This document shows positions 36,436 through 63,722 of a DNA stretch of 64,000 bases, in pieces. Source of the DNA: Flaccisagitta enflata (taxonomy: Eukaryota); the NCBI GenBank assembly GCA_965153355.1, contig OZ231126.1:11222001-11286000 (forward strand), written 5' to 3'. Each line of letters opens with the position of its first letter. The first letter of the stretch is position 1. The position numbers and the translations under genes are program-made. The notes under the pieces were generated by a model. That model ran no database searches, was not told where the DNA came from, and saw only the letters and a list, made by a program, of their open reading frames with translations.

Positions 36436-37581
36436 CTGCCGGTATTACGCAATCCACAGCTGCAGTGACAATTTTTGGGGAAAGAAGAGGAAGAATCAGA
36501 GACCAAATCAAACTGGGCTAGGCACGAAAGACAGGGCGCAAGTCATAACTAAGTAACCCAAGCTTCGATAAGGCGGATGTTTCTTCATATTCCAGTCAGA
36601 AGAGGAGATTATAAGCAGAATGCCCGATGATTACGCCAAATGTGTGGGCACATAGCCTCTCCTTGCTATGCGAGTGAAGCCCAACGTAAAGCAATATACA
36701 GCCGGGTACGATCCCAGCTAGAGTTCCAGCGCAGGTTCTACTAGTCCCCGGCAACAACAACAACAACCCGTTGACCTAGCCTCAATAAGTCTAAGATTCA
36801 TCCCCCATGAGTCCATGACTTCCCTCCAAAGCGCAAAATTTTCGCAAAACCTCTGCATAGTTCCGTTGATTTTCTATCAGTCTAAACACCTTGGTTTCAT
36901 ATTTGCTCTAATTTTTCCTACCAAAATAAACAACTGTACATGTCCTTTGTTTTTACCACTTTGTCCACCCATCTGCCCCCTCCCCCTCTTATCTGACACA
37001 CAATTCACTCTACCCATTTAACAAGGCCGGATAACAATCCAGTCGCGGACGGTTTGGCAGGAGCAGTAATGCGAAAACAGCAGGCTGTAAACAACAACTG
37101 GTTGTAGAAATTACATTCGCTGTATCTTTAAAGTCAGCAAAAATCCTTTAATAGAATAGAACATGACTAGCATATTCATAATCCTGATGAAATTCTGAGA
37201 AGTTTGACATGTCACACTTAACATTTTTAGTAAGAAATATAATCTTTAAGCATTGTATCATAACTTTGATAAACATTGATAAACAATTTTTAATTTCATA
37301 TAAAAGTGTATGTTGTGACATATCAAACTTGTCATTTCACCAGAATAACAAATTTATGAGTCTCATTCTATTTGCTTGAGATAGTTTTACCACTATATCA
37401 GCCAGCTGTAATTTTTGCATAGTTCCGTTGATTTTCTATCAGTCTAAACACCTTGGTTTCATATTTGCTCTAATTTTTCCTACCAAAATAAACAACTGTA
37501 CATGTCCTTTGTTTTTACCACTTTGTCCACCCATCTGCCCCCTCCCCCTCTTATCTGACACACAATTCACTCTACCCATTT

Positions 37582-37722
37582 AACAAGGCCGGATAACAAT
37601 CCAGTCGCGGACGGTTTGGCAGGAGCAGTAATGCGAAAACGGCTTGGAATTCAACAATGAGACCGATGGACGGACGGACCGACCGACAGAACAAGGTGTA
37701 GAGTCGCGTGCACGCGACTAAA
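37582..37722 (-). mobile_element. Short HINE-like family A copy
   Basis: AACAAGGCCGGATA tail, AGTCGCG subTIR, AGTCGCGTGCACGCGACT head. Confidence 0.78.
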
Positions 37723-40700
37723 GATAGGTATTGGCGGAGGATTGTCGCAAATTTCGAGACGCAAGAATCGTACCATGTGTAACATTAGAATTCCCTGTTT
37801 CAAGATTTTAAGAGAGATCAAGCAAACACAATAGTAGTCGCAAAAGATACTATTAGACTGATGAAAAGACGAAAGTAAAAAAGAAAGAAAGAAAGAAAGA
37901 ATTAAAGATAGGAAGAAAGACAGAAAAAAAAAGACGAATGAAAGGGCTGATGTACACGGAAATTGTATGGATGATATTACGGATAGTACAGATAGGGCTA
38001 CCTGACCATGAATTCAAACTGTCATTTTTCGCTTTGAGCGGAAGTTATAACCCGTAATCTTTTGGAAATCAGCAGCAGCAGTCGCATCAGGAATTTTTGA
38101 AAGCATGAAGCAGGATTGATCCAGCAGCTTTCGCGCTGCAGCACCTTTGCCGTAAAACAGCTTTCTCTTACTCTTGCATTTGAAATTCCTTACTCATGAT
38201 AACTTGTTCTTAACCGAGTTTATCCAGCTTACATAGGTTGTTTTTGGTTGTTTTTTCTTTCTCAAAGGTTCAGCTTCGTCAGAGCCCCATGGTTACTTCA
38301 AGGTTTTGAAATGGGCGGATTTAAGGGTTGGCGATCTGATTTCTAACCTGATTTGAGGCTATAGCTAAGCTCACTTAGAATTCTAGGGGGCCGAGTTAGA
38401 GATCAAGAGGCAATATTTGGTTGGAACAAATAAGACTTGTCTCTCTACTGGTCGTCCTTTCTTTAAGTCAAGGACTACGGAATCTTTAGTAGGCTTTGGT
38501 CCGTCCGTGTGTTGGTCAATCTGTTATGCATGAGTAAAAAAGTGAGGAGATGTACCTTAGGGACGCCGCTCCTTAGTTGAAGGGAGAGGGGTCGTGGATG
38601 CGCCCCTGCCCATCCGTCTGCGACAAAACATTGATCCGACATTATAAATCTTCGCCAGGACCTGTCAAGGATTCTCAGGGTACAGATATAACGACCGTGT
38701 CCCACCGTTCTCTCGTGAGTTTGCGTGAAATTGCGTGTACTAATGGGGTGTTCCAGGTGGTCCGCTCTCTTGCAATCTTTATGATCTTTTTTAAGACAGT
38801 CGAGAATGAAATTTATAGGGTAAGTAAATTTAATAATTCTCTTTCATTTGGCGCCAAGCAGAAGTCTCTGGGACAAATATTTTTCGCGCTATGATTTTTT
38901 AAAGATTTATTTATGAAAAATAAAAATAGAATTTTTTTTTATTTTTTAAGATTTTGTGTAGGATCAATAAAGGAGTGTATATATGTTTACTTGAGCATGC
39001 AAAAATTGCAAAAAAACGTTTATAGGCACAGCTGCTCAGCTCTGTGAGGGCATTTTTGAGCATTTTAGCTCATTTAGCTCACTTGGCTTAGTCTAGTCTT
39101 TCTGATTTCAAAAACAACAAATGAATAAATATTTTCACTTGTTTAAGCAAGCAAAATAAAAAAAAACATGTCAGTGAACAGAGCTGCTCATCTATAGGGC
39201 ATTTACAATTATTCTAGCTCATTTAGCTCATTTACCTTGCTCTTTTACTCTGATTTTAAATAGGATAAATACAATAATGTTTTGACCTTAGCATGCAAAT
39301 ACAATAAAGCATGTCAGTGAGCAAAGGTGGTTGTCTGGTTGAATTTGGAATATTTTAGCTCATCTAGCTCATTTGGCTCAGTCCTATTTTTCTCTGATTT
39401 TCAGTGCTATCAATACATACAATTGCTTTTGATTTGATCTAACAAATAAAAAAAATTCAGTGACTGAAGATAAAAGCATGGTGGAAAGTGACCAATGCTT
39501 ACGACTTTTTTTCCTCACGGCGACAAAACATTGATCCGACATTATAAATCTTCGCCAGGACCTGTCAAGGATTCTCAGGGTACAGATATAACGACCGTGT
39601 CCCACCGTTCTCTCGTGAGTTTGCGTGAAATTGCGTGTACTAATGGGGTGTTCCAGGTGGTCCGCTCTCTTGCAATCTTTATGATCTTTTTTAAGACAGT
39701 CGAGAATAGTAACAGAAATCTGGGCATCTGTAATAAACATTGATCATTTGGGAAAACATGACTAGCTCAACCGAAACAAACATCTATAAAATCATTGTAT
39801 CATACTGACTCTCCTGGTTTGAGCTGACAATTTTTCTTTGGTTTGTTGTGGGGAAGATTTGCTTGACTTGACTTGCTCAAAATATAAAAATAATTTTAGT
39901 TAAAAAATACCGAAGCTCTTTTCAAAGGAGCAAAAGTTTTCTACAATGGATTCACAAGAGCTCTCCGGCCTCACTGCTTCTGCCCAAATGATGGAGTGGC
40001 CTCAAATATGGCCCCTGCCCACCCGTACGCGACAGGGGTAGCCGTGTATCTGGCCTTTTTCTTTGGTTTGTTGTGGGGAAGATTTGCTTGACTTGACTTG
40101 CTCAAAATATAAAAATAATTTTAGTTAAAAAATACCGAAGCTCTTTTCAAAGGAGCAAAAGTTTTCTACAATGGATTCACAAGAGCTCTCCGGAAAAGAT
40201 CCACCACAGATATCATCCATCGAAACTCTAAAATGAAAGATTTTCAAAAAAAAAGTCTTATCTATCAACGAAGTCTCAGTTTTACGATTTCAAAATTGTT
40301 GCTAGGCTCAATCGATAAAGGGCAAAGTCCCTCAAAAGTTCTATTTTATATATCAAGCGAATGAAAAAATAGATAAAAATTGCGAAACGAAAGAACAAAT
40401 GAATGAACTTACAACGATCAAACAACAGAAAAACTAAAAAACAATACAAGAAGAAAAGTGTAGAATAAGATAATCATTTTAGGGGAAAAAACGCCGTTTA
40501 GAAAAAGATGTTATAAATTGACATCATAGATAAAAAATGATGGATATTTTTGATTTTGCTGCCGACGGTCAGAAAAATTTCACGTAAGTAAAAATTGAGT
40601 CATTAAAAAAGGCAAAATTTATTGGTTTTATCAGGCTGGTACAGTATGATTGTTTTTGTTTGTAACATTTTATGACGATATAATTCCAAAAGTAATGAAA

Positions 40701-41141
40701 ATAATTGAATTCTGAAAAAAAGTTCCTAAAAGACTATGAAAATACATTTTATAATATATCAATCAAAGGATCTACTTAGAAAAATCGAATTCTCTCATGT
40801 AAATATGAATGACAGTACCAACTTGACAAATTGCCAATTTGAAAAATTTAGGAAAATTTAACAGATGGACTGTTTATCTTTAAATTGTTCTCCTTTCTAA
40901 ACGGTTTGAGCTACAAATGCCAGATTGGTCTCAAATGAAAGATAATTTGATCTAGTTTTAAGGTTTTTGGAAAGGTAAGCACTGATCTGATGTTTTGAAT
41001 ACAATTTTTTAAACTATAGGCAGGCACTTTTTTTAAATTTTCAACAGGGTGAAAAAATGAAAAGATGAAAAATATAGAACATTCTTCACTTTTGGTAGTA
41101 CTAAAATGAAATATTCAAGTACTTCTAGTGTAGATTTACTG

Positions 41142-41199
<58 letters not shown>

Positions 41200-41329
41200 C
41201 TGTTGGTCAATTCGTTCAGAAATAAGAGCAATCCAAAGAAAAACGGATTTATCTTATAATATGAAAAACTGTTCATTTCAGCTCAAATATGCCTTACAAC
41301 TTCAATAAAAAAATCTGGTTTCGAATTTT

Positions 41330-42435
41330 TGTTGAAAAAGTCTTGGAAAGCAATATCATAAAACGGCCAGGAATCTCGATGGAGAAAATCTCAATTTTAG
41401 GGTTTAAAAAAAAAAAAAAAAAGGACTCATCCCAGATTTTTGCACAGGGGACCTTTAAAGGCTGTAGAACAAGATTCTGATGTTCATTTTGACCTAACAG
41501 GCACAAAAAAAAAAGAAATGGGTTTTAGTGCAAAAAACAGCTATTTTTCCTAAAATGGCATTAAATGAAATATTTTTGGCCCTTTTTTGCAGAAACATAA
41601 AGTACCAATAGTAATTGCTGTTTGGTGGAATGTAGAACAATTTTTAATAGGTCTATGAGGTTCAAAAATAGCATTAAGTGCTCCAAAATGAAGAAATGAC
41701 CTAAGAATTAAAAAATCATCAAAACTGATGATTTAGAACAGTTTCTTAGGGAAAAATATGTACCTGTCAGAATGAGTGCCTATCCGATTTTACTTAAAAA
41801 ACATAGCGTGATAGCGAAAAGCATAAAACCACAATATGCAAATGAGATCAAGTGCCAATTTTGCAAAAAATGGCAAAACATGTTTTCTTTTTATAGAAGC
41901 TAAACACAATAGAATATTAATTACTTACCTTTCCAAAGCCATTTTTGCAAAAACCGCATTGACCTCATTTGCATATTGCGGTTTTGCGTTTTGTATCACG
42001 GCTATGTTTTTAAGTAAATCGATGGAATTCCATACTGACAGCATATTTTACCTAAACTGTTCCAAAACATCAGTTTTGATAATTTTTAATATTTAGGTCA
42101 TTTCTTCATTTTGAGCATTTTTAATGCTATTTTTGAACCTCATAGACCCGATTCAAATTGTTCACAAGTCACTCAAATATCAATTACTAGTAGGACTTTA
42201 TGTTTCTGTAAAAAAAAAGTCAAAAAATGTCATTTAATACTATTTTTTAGGAAAAATAGCCGTTTTTATAATAAAAACCGTTTCTTTTTTAGCTCCAAGT
42301 CAGTCAAAATGGTATCAATCTTGTTCTACAGCCTTTTAGGTCCCCTGTGCAAAAATCTGGGATGGGTCCATTTTTTTTTTTTTTAAATTTGCAAGTGAGA
42401 CTTCTGGCCGAAAATGTATTTTCAAAACCTTTCAT
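41330..42435. mobile_element. Foldback element with ~0.5 kb imperfect arms
   Basis: CATCCCAGATTTTTGCACAGGGGACC vs GGTCCCCTGTGCAAAAATCTGGGATG; CAATATGCAAATGAG vs CTCATTTGCATATTG; centre near 41900. Confidence 0.82.
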
Positions 42436-42690
42436 TATTTTTTTTCTAAACGGTTTGAGCTACAAATGCCAGATTGGTCTCAAATGAAAGATAATTTGAT
42501 CTAGTTTTAAGGTTTTTGGAAAGGTAAGCACTGATCTGATGTTTTGAATACAATTTTTTAAACTATAGGCAGGCACTTTTTTTAAATTTTCAACAGGGTG
42601 AAAAAATGAAAAGATGAAAAATATAGAACATTCTTCACTTTTGGTAGTACTAAAATGAAATATTCAAGTACTTCTAGTGTAGATTTACTG

Positions 42691-42935
<245 letters not shown>

Positions 42936-42997
42936 GATATTCAAATATACATAAAAAAAGACACGTACGCATAACTGTTATTTTGCTAATGACCTAA

Positions 42998-43221
<224 letters not shown>

Positions 43222-43555
43222 GGGTTGGGATGTGGATGGGGGTTGGACGCCCCTACCCACCCGTCCGCAACGATATCGTAACCTTGTTATTTGTTCTTGA
43301 GCAAACGATCCTATTTGGTGACAGATCAATCTCATAGCAACATGAATGCAACATTGAATTGAAAGCCCAAATTCCTAGGCTGACTCTGAGCCGGATCAAG
43401 CTACCGCAGGGCCCTAGGCTTAGGAGCTACCTCGGGGCCCCCTAGCCTTCCCTCTCCACTTCCCCCCCCCCCCCTTTGCTCTCACAACCTTCCCACCTTT
43501 TTAGTGCAGCTAAACTAGAAAGGCATTTATCTTTCTAAGTTGATGATTTTTTTTC

Positions 43556-43723
43556 TTTTTAGTTGCGGATACGCAACTCTATAAGAGGCTTTGCCATCTG
43601 TCCGTCAGTCTGTCGGTCCGTCCATTGGTCCGTCCATGGACACAAGTCGAAAATTAGGAAAACGCGCATTTCCGCCCCTGCCCACCCGTTCGTGACTGGT
43701 ATGGGCCGTGTATCCGACCTTGT
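43556..43723 (+). mobile_element. HINE-like element (AGTTGCGGATACGCAACT head)
   Basis: T-run, palindromic head, GTCC/GTCG repeats, GGCCGTGTATCCGACCTTGT tail. Confidence 0.78.
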
Positions 43724-44297
43724 CAACTTCTTTTTTCTTTTTTTCCTTTTTTTTCCTTTGCATTTTTTTTAGAAATGTTTTTAAGTCAAAACAAAAAACT
43801 ACAGATGATTCAATATTCATCAGGCTTAATCTACTTCTCTTCTTTCCCCGCCACTCAAACTTGTTTTTTACTACCTCCCCCCCCATCCCTTCCAAATCAT
43901 ACAAGGAGGACGCGGCCTGATAAAGAACTTGTTAAAACAAATTGTTGAATACTTAACAATTACTTATTCTGCATGTCTTGACTTAATTGACGACGTGCAG
44001 GAGTGGTGAAGACAAGTACGAAATGATGTGTGGTTTGAGGTTGTTTATTACTCGATAGTTTCACGTGAGAGCAGACTTAAGTGAACAAGAGGGCGATGAA
44101 CGACGAGGAATAATGAATGATGAAGTAAGATGAACGACGATGAATAATGAATGATGATGTAAGATGAACGACGATAAATGAAGATGAATTAGTTTCCGTT
44201 TTCCAAACCCATTACATAAATCCCAAATTTCGGTGAAAGAATATTGAGACATTTTCAAGTGACGACTGATGTAAATCTTTATTTCTCTCCGTCTTCC

Positions 44298-44369
<72 letters not shown>

Positions 44370-44409
44370 GAGATTTATTTCAAACTTTCAACACGACACG
44401 GGTGTATAT

Positions 44410-44624
44410 AAACAAGGCCGGATACACGGCTACCCTAGTCGCGTGCGGGTGGGCAGGGGCAATATTTGAGGTCAGTGGAGCATTTGGGCAGGAGCAGTAG
44501 AGCCAAAACGCTGAAAAAGTAAAGTGTGAGCTGTGAGGGACGGACGGACCGACGGACGGACAGACCGACGGACCGAGGGACGGACCGACAAAGGGGGGTG
44601 TAGAGTCGCTTAGCACGCGACTAA
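44410..44624 (-). mobile_element. HINE-like family A
   Basis: Same architecture as 15633-15885. Confidence 0.85.
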
Positions 44625-45067
44625 TAAGCAACGATGCGGCATCAGCGGTAAGAATCGGCTGGAACGATAACTTACATCATGATGTTGTTTTGTTATTGTT
44701 GTGGTGTTGTTGTGGTGTTGTTGTTGTGGTTGTTAAGTTTTTGTTGCGGTTGTGGTGATGTGTTATGGTTGTGTTGTTGTTTTTGTGTTGTGTTGTGGTT
44801 GTTGTGTTGTGTTGTGGTTGTTGTGTTGCGGGTCGGTTGTTGTGTTGTGGTGTTGTTGTAGTTTTGTTGTGTTACTGTTTTTGTTGTTTTGAATGTTGTT
44901 GTTGTTGTTGTTGTTGTTGTCGTTACTGTTGTGGTTGTTGGTGTGAGTGTGTGTATGTGTGCTGTACGAGTTCGGCAAACTCATGTGAACTGAAAATGTC
45001 ACAGGCTGGAGAACTTATCCACGGAAAGTCAAACAAACCAACCGACCCAAATGCAATAGGTGAAACA

Positions 45068-45156
<89 letters not shown>

Positions 45157-45211
45157 TGTCTTTTTTTTATCATCACTGATGTTTTTCTTCTGGTAATGAA
45201 GTGGTGGTTGA

Positions 45212-57804
<12,593 letters not shown>

Positions 57805-58821
57805 CTAAAGGAATAAAAACAAAGACAGTCGTCTCCGCCGTTTCACGGCAGTCCCGGGCCGCCGCCGCCGCCGCCGCTCACGCCTCCTCCTAGGTTATAT
57901 CCGGGCTTGTCACCCCCAAACCTGGAAGTGGACATCATCCGGGTCACCCTCAACGCCCGCTGCATCCCGGGTCGGGACCTTTGGGGGGTTTGCCTCATCA
58001 TCATCATCACCCTTTGGGGTCGCCGGGCAGCGGAGGAGGAGAGCCTCCTTTAACGGATCTCAAAGACGGGAATCACTCTCCCAACGACGACGCTTTCATG
58101 CAAAATCTGTAGGGTAAGTTTATCTTTAACGTGATTTCTAAAACTCGCGCTCTTCATGTCTGTCCATTATCTCCTCTTCGTGGGGTTGTCAAATGTCAAT
58201 CTCGGGGAGGTGAGGACAAGCTTGCTAGTCAACTAGCTTGACGGTCGCTGCTCGGCGGGGTGGCTCCCCCGCCATTTAAAAATACCCCCAGAAGGTAATC
58301 CGGAAGGGTCTCTAACACGAATTTCATGATGATTTTCCGGGATAGACAAGTGATGTATATTTGTTGTTTGAGGGGTAAAAATCATGTCCATCTTAGTCGT
58401 TGCTCAATTATGGGTGCGCCGAAAGGTTCAAAATGTTTTAAAATTCTTCAAGTATTTCGTTAGGAAGCTTTATACGTGCATTAGTTATCGCATTGCACAG
58501 CGCGGAAGCTTTTGCGAAATTATGTCATTGTAAGCCAAGAAAGAAGCAGAACTACTGCATTATGCAAATTAGTTTTTTCATACCCAACGAAGATGTATTC
58601 GCCTGTGACCTTTAAAGGAACCGGCAATTTAAGTCCGATTTCTTTTTTTATCATCCCTGCGCAATAACGTCCACAATTACGCTTGAAAGAAATTTCTTCG
58701 CCCACTGGGACAACAATGGTCGAAAGACAAGAATGAGGACCGGACTGAGCGCCACTTTTCGGCAGGTAAGGGAAGATCTCGGCAGATAACGGAAGAAGAC
58801 GGAGAATAAGAGGAACAAAGG

Positions 58822-59007
58822 AAAACAAGGCCGGATACACGGCCAATACCAGTCGCAGACGGGTGGGCAGGGGCGGAGTTGTGTGTTTTCCCACTTTCCG
58901 ACTCGATCACCACGGACCGACCGACCGACCGACCAACCAACCGACCGACCGACCAACGGACGGACGGACAAAGCCTCTTATAGAGTCGCTAGTCCGCGAC
59001 TAAAAAA
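58822..59007 (-). mobile_element. HINE-like element
   Basis: AACAAGGCCGGATACACGGCC tail, AGTCGCAG subTIR, (GACC)n, AGTCGCTAGTCCGCGACT head. Confidence 0.82.
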
Positions 59008-59216
59008 GAAAGAAGTAGAAAAGGGCAAAGAGAGAAATGAACCAGGAAGAGTGACAATTGTTGTCAACATGAAGATCCTCATTTGCATAATGCAGTTTGA
59101 AAATAACTGTTATGGTAATGGCGATAATTCTGAATACAATCAGTATGAGTTGGAACATAGATTTGAATGAATATTCTTTTCGCGGTTTACCCGAAAGAAA
59201 AAACCTTATGCATAGC

Positions 59217-59864
59217 CAGAGATTAGGTATCGAGATCCGGCAATCCGTGTAACGGATAGGATATATGGGATAACGAATAACGGATAAATGACCATGAAAA
59301 CCGATTTTTCCTCTTCCTCCTCCTCCTCTTCTTCCTCCTCTTTCTTCCTCCTCTTTCTTCTCCTTCTTCTCTTCTATTCTTCCAAGATCCTTTGTTTCTT
59401 TCAGTCGATCTTATACCGCTTTTGGTGTGTGCTCTCTCTCTCTCTGAAATGAATAGAAGAGGGCCTTGTTTAGTAAGTATTGTAACTATAGAAAGTATAG
59501 TAAGAAAAGTAAAAATAGTAAGTATAGTAAGTATAGTAAGTACAGTAAGTATAGTAAGTATAGTAAGTATAGTAAGTATAGTAAGTATAGTAAGTATAGT
59601 AAATATAGTAAGTATGGTATGGTAAGTATAGTAAGTTTAGTAAGGATAGTGGTAATGTTGTCCATCTTTCATAACGAGGATTTCCATGAGTCATATGCAA
59701 TGAACCTTTTACAAAATCTGTTCCTTTTACTTAGATAATGTTTGACCTTATACAAATAACGTCCAGTTATTTAGGGATAACGACCTTAGCATAAAATGGC
59801 TGATTTTTACCATATAACGACCTCATAACGGCCGACCACTGACGCTCAGTAACGCTAATCTCTG
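59217..59864. mobile_element. hAT-type MITE with an internal 9-bp array
   Basis: TIR CAGAGATTAG...CTAATCTCTG; perfect 8-bp TSD TGCATAGC; subterminal TAACG repeats; (AGTAAGTAT)n at ~59470-59640. Confidence 0.9.
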
Positions 59865-60661
59865 TGCATAGCCAAAAGCTATCAAAATCGCTTTGCATCA
59901 TATCTAGTCCTATCCGCAATACAGATTGATATGGATAAAACAACAACTAGTGAAATCAAGCTCCATCGAAACTGGCGGGAAGAGCGGCGTGGATGCCAAG
60001 AGACCGACTCAGGATCAGGAATGAGGGTATGTGACCTGAGAGTGCCCGTGAGCTTGGTCGCCAAACTAGATACTTAGGATCTAGATCTGGATACTTTTTA
60101 GGGGTGCCTAGATACCTGAAAAGGCATTTGGATCCTGGTTACTAATCTGGATATTTTTGGGAGAAAAATTTAGATACTCCAGTTCAAATCTGGATACCTG
60201 AAATAGTGATATTAAGATATCTTTTAAAACATGCTCAACTACTTTTTTTAAGTAATGGACTTAAATCTGGGCTAAGAAAATGAATATTTTATCTTTGTTA
60301 AGCATATGTGTACCTGCTATAAATGTTCATATGTTTGTGAGTCAGTTGCTTGATTTTTTGAATTATGCAAATTTGGCCATAGAATTTTTTAAGGGCTATA
60401 TTGCCTTAGCCCCTGCTTACCGGCTAATCATCCAATATTGTTGTTGAATCAATTCAAGATGCTCTTATTAAATTCATAGTGTTCCTTAAGCCTTCATAGC
60501 CTTTATAGCCTTCATAGTTTTCCTAAAGAAGCCCCAGATTTCTCATAACATTATAAACAATGTTTTTAGTTTTGGACACACAATTCTAGAACTTGCTATA
60601 TTGATCTGTCTGTTTGTCCATCTGTTTATTTGTTGGAAACTTTTTTAAAATGTGAGCAGTA

Positions 60662-60858
60662 TTTTAGTTGCGTGCTATGCAACTCCACCCTGTATTGTTT
60701 GTCTATTCATCGGTTGGTTGGTTGGTCCCTTTTTTATTTTTTTGACATTTTTTAACTTTTTTGAGCTAACCCCTTCTGCCCAAATGCTCCGGTGACCTTT
60801 TCTTTCACTGCTCCTGCCCACCCACACGCGACTGGGGTAGCCATATAACCGGCCTTGT
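60662..60858 (+). mobile_element. HINE-like family A nested in 60053-62270
   Basis: TTTTAGTTGCGTGCTATGCAACT head; CACGCGACT subTIR; CCGGCCTTGT tail. Confidence 0.75.
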
Positions 60859-61128
60859 CACTATACTGCCTTAGCCCACCTGTCTGCAACTAGCGGGAGT
60901 GTATAAGGCCTTGTCAATGAAAATAGCCTTTACGAAATATATCTATTCTTTCTAATCTTTCTAGTTTTATTTTTAGTTCTAATTGTACCAAATCAAGTGG
61001 TACCTGTAGGGATTGGCTTTGTACATCAAGGCGTGCCATTTTTTTTTTGCTATTAGATTAATTTTACTTATGGGTGCCGCTTACATTACTTTTTGTTATA
61101 AAATAAAGGCGATGCTGGGGCCAAAATA

Positions 61129-61877
61129 CACCGTCTTTGGATCGAATTGAAAAATGTTAAACCTTTATAATTCCTAAACTACTTTGTAAAAAGTTTCCAA
61201 ATTTTCAGGAGACATTGCTGACATGTGACCGTTTTGTTATGCAAAAGCTTAGATATAGATGTTGATGAATTGGAGTACAGCAAAATACTGAAAGAATCAG
61301 CATGTTTAAGCCATAATTAATTTTTCTTCCGTTTTTTTTGAAGAAGCTGTCTTTTTCTTCTGGTTTTTGTTAAACAAATCAAACTAAAATGTTGGGATTG
61401 GTACAAAATCATTGGTAATTAGTTGTAGAAAACACATTTTTTGAAAATAAAGAAAAAGTTGGATACTAAACGGGATTTTCACAAATTTTGGATGATTTTT
61501 GAGAATCGTTAATGGCAAACATGGAAAATCAATCAATTTTATTCAAAACTAATGAAAATCATTTTATTTTCAAGCAAAATGGAAGTGTATGTATGTTCAT
61601 CATTAGTCTGTAAGTGTTTTTGGGGTTCTAGTTCAATTAGTTCAGCAGCGTAAGACAGCTTCTTCTAAAAAAAAGTGAGAAAAGGTTTAACTTGCTTCAA
61701 AAATGACCGTTTTTTCAGGGTTTTGCTGTACCTTGATCATTCAGTATCTATATCTAAGGTTTTGCATAACAAAATGGTCACATGTTAGCAATGTTCACTG
61801 AAAATTTGAAGACTTTTTGCCTAGTAGTTTAGGAGTTATAAAGGTTTAACATTTTTCAAATTCATCTAAAGACGGTG
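61129..61877. mobile_element. Tc1/mariner-type MITE nested in 60053-62270
   Basis: TA|CACCGTCTTTGGAT...ATCTAAAGACGGTG|TA with long arms. Confidence 0.88.
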
Positions 61878-62283
61878 TACTTCCTGTACATTTTCATTGG
61901 GAGATGAAGAGATTAGGGGTTTTGAGCAAAATAATCATATGGCTATAAAACTATGACGTGCAATATAATCCCTGCTGTTACAAGCCAACTTGACTACATA
62001 AGTTTTCTATGGCAATCTTTTCTCAGATCCTCTTTACATTGTTGATTTAAAGGGTTATGAGCTCAAGAGTTGCAGCATCTTCTATATAAATCAGTCTATT
62101 TATACCACCCAAATGTTTTTTTTTGATGAATATCATTGTTCATATTGATTTCTTTAATAAAACATTATCTAGATACTAATTTAGATACTAGCAAAAAAAT
62201 CCTAGATACTTTCTGGATACTTTTTGGGGTTCCTTTAGATACTTTGCCTCCACTACATTTGGCGACCGAGCCCGTGAGTTACA

Positions 62284-62793
62284 CAGTGGACAAAACAAAA
62301 TAGGTAGAGAGCTCACTCTGATCCAAATTACTGTTATTAAACAGCAGGCTGTAAATAACGATTGGTTGTGAAAATTGTAGCCGGCTGTCATCTTACAAAG
62401 TCGGCAAAAATCCAACCTTAATAGAATAGAACGTGACTAGCATATTCATAATCCTGATGAAATTCTGAGAAGTTTGACATATCACACTTAACACTTTTTA
62501 TAAAGAATAATCTTTAAATATTATATTATACCATTATTAAACATTGATAAACAATGTCTATTTTTATGTAAAAGTATATGTTATGACATATCAAACTTGT
62601 CAGAATTTTACCAGGATTATAAATTTGCAGGTCTCATTCTATTTGGTGAAAGTTGGATTTTTGCTTACTTTGTGGCATAACAGCCGGCTGTAATTTTTAC
62701 AACCAGTTGTTGTTTACAGCCTGCTGTTTGATAACAGTAGGTTGGATCAAAGTCAACAGAGTGAGCTCTCTACCTATTTTGTTTTGTCCACTG
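62284..62793. mobile_element. Foldback MITE (partial copy at 37079-37415)
   Basis: Perfect TIR CAGTGGACAAAACAAAATAGGTAGAGAGCTCACTCTG; arms pair to the centre. Confidence 0.9.
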
Positions 62794-63722
62794 ACTGTAA
62801 AATGAATTACGCTCTGAACGTGTATGTTCATTCGAGGGACAGATAGAGGCACAGGCCCTCTATAAAAACCCAGGAAGCATCTGTGATTCGCTTCGGCGGG
62901 GTAGATCGTGTGGAGACGGGCAATTCTATGATGGCTTTGGGGTGCTACAACATCTCGCCGATGCTCAACCTGTCGGGAAATATTTTGCTTAATAAGTAAA
63001 TCCTCGCCCAAATAAAACCAACCATCATCGGGTGACTTCCACATCCTCGAAAATGCTTCGTCAAAATCGCGTTCGAATCTTGACGATAGTTGACCATGCG
63101 GCGTTTTGACGGGTTTCTTTGTCTGTCCTTCGTCATCGTCAACGTCATCGTCATCGTCGTCGTCGCCACCGTCCTTATCCCTCATCAGTTCGGCGAATGC
63201 GGCTATGGTGGACGTTGAGGAATTCTGATAGTTGTTAATCTTGATCGCGTTATTAGAGGACGTAGCCAGCGTTATCATTCGCGGTTGCGTTTTGTTTTCA
63301 TTTTCATCGTGCTTTAGACTATCGTCGTCGTCGTCGTCGTCGTCGTTTTCCTTTTCGTGGTCGTTGTTGCCCGATTGACGATCATTTGGATAAACGGGTA
63401 GAATCGCCGCGTTCGTGATGCCTTCTGAAGGAGACTGACTAGGGCTTCCACCGGAAATGGATTTCCCGTCGATTCTCGACGACCTCTTCGTCGATACTCC
63501 GATGTCTCCGCGTCTCCAATCATCATCTTCATCAACGCGACGCTGACCGGAAGTGACTACCAAATCATCGTCTGCTCGGAGACGATCCTCTTCTGAGTTA
63601 CAAACGCTCAAAATGGTGATGCTTTGACTCGGGTTCTCTGTCATTGGAGCAGGTGTCACGCGATCGTGATCCTCTTCGACGGAATGAGCCCGAACGTTTT
63701 CGCGGGATTTCTGTGTAGACAT
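62794..63722 (-). CDS. Large acidic/disordered ORF or exon of unknown function; its 3' end runs into a foldback element
   Basis: 341-aa ORF (62697-63722) with protein-like composition, not explained by simple repeats. Bases below 62794 belong to a TIR element. Any link to the gene at 57804-45212 is unproven. Confidence 0.6.

Larger units (their letters stand above)
60053..62270. mobile_element. Non-autonomous TIR transposon with 8-bp TSD (hAT-like), containing nested elements
   Basis: TIR CTTGGTCGCCAAA / TTTGGCGACCGAG; perfect TSD CCCGTGAG; subterminal TRGATAC repeats at both ends. Confidence 0.88.
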
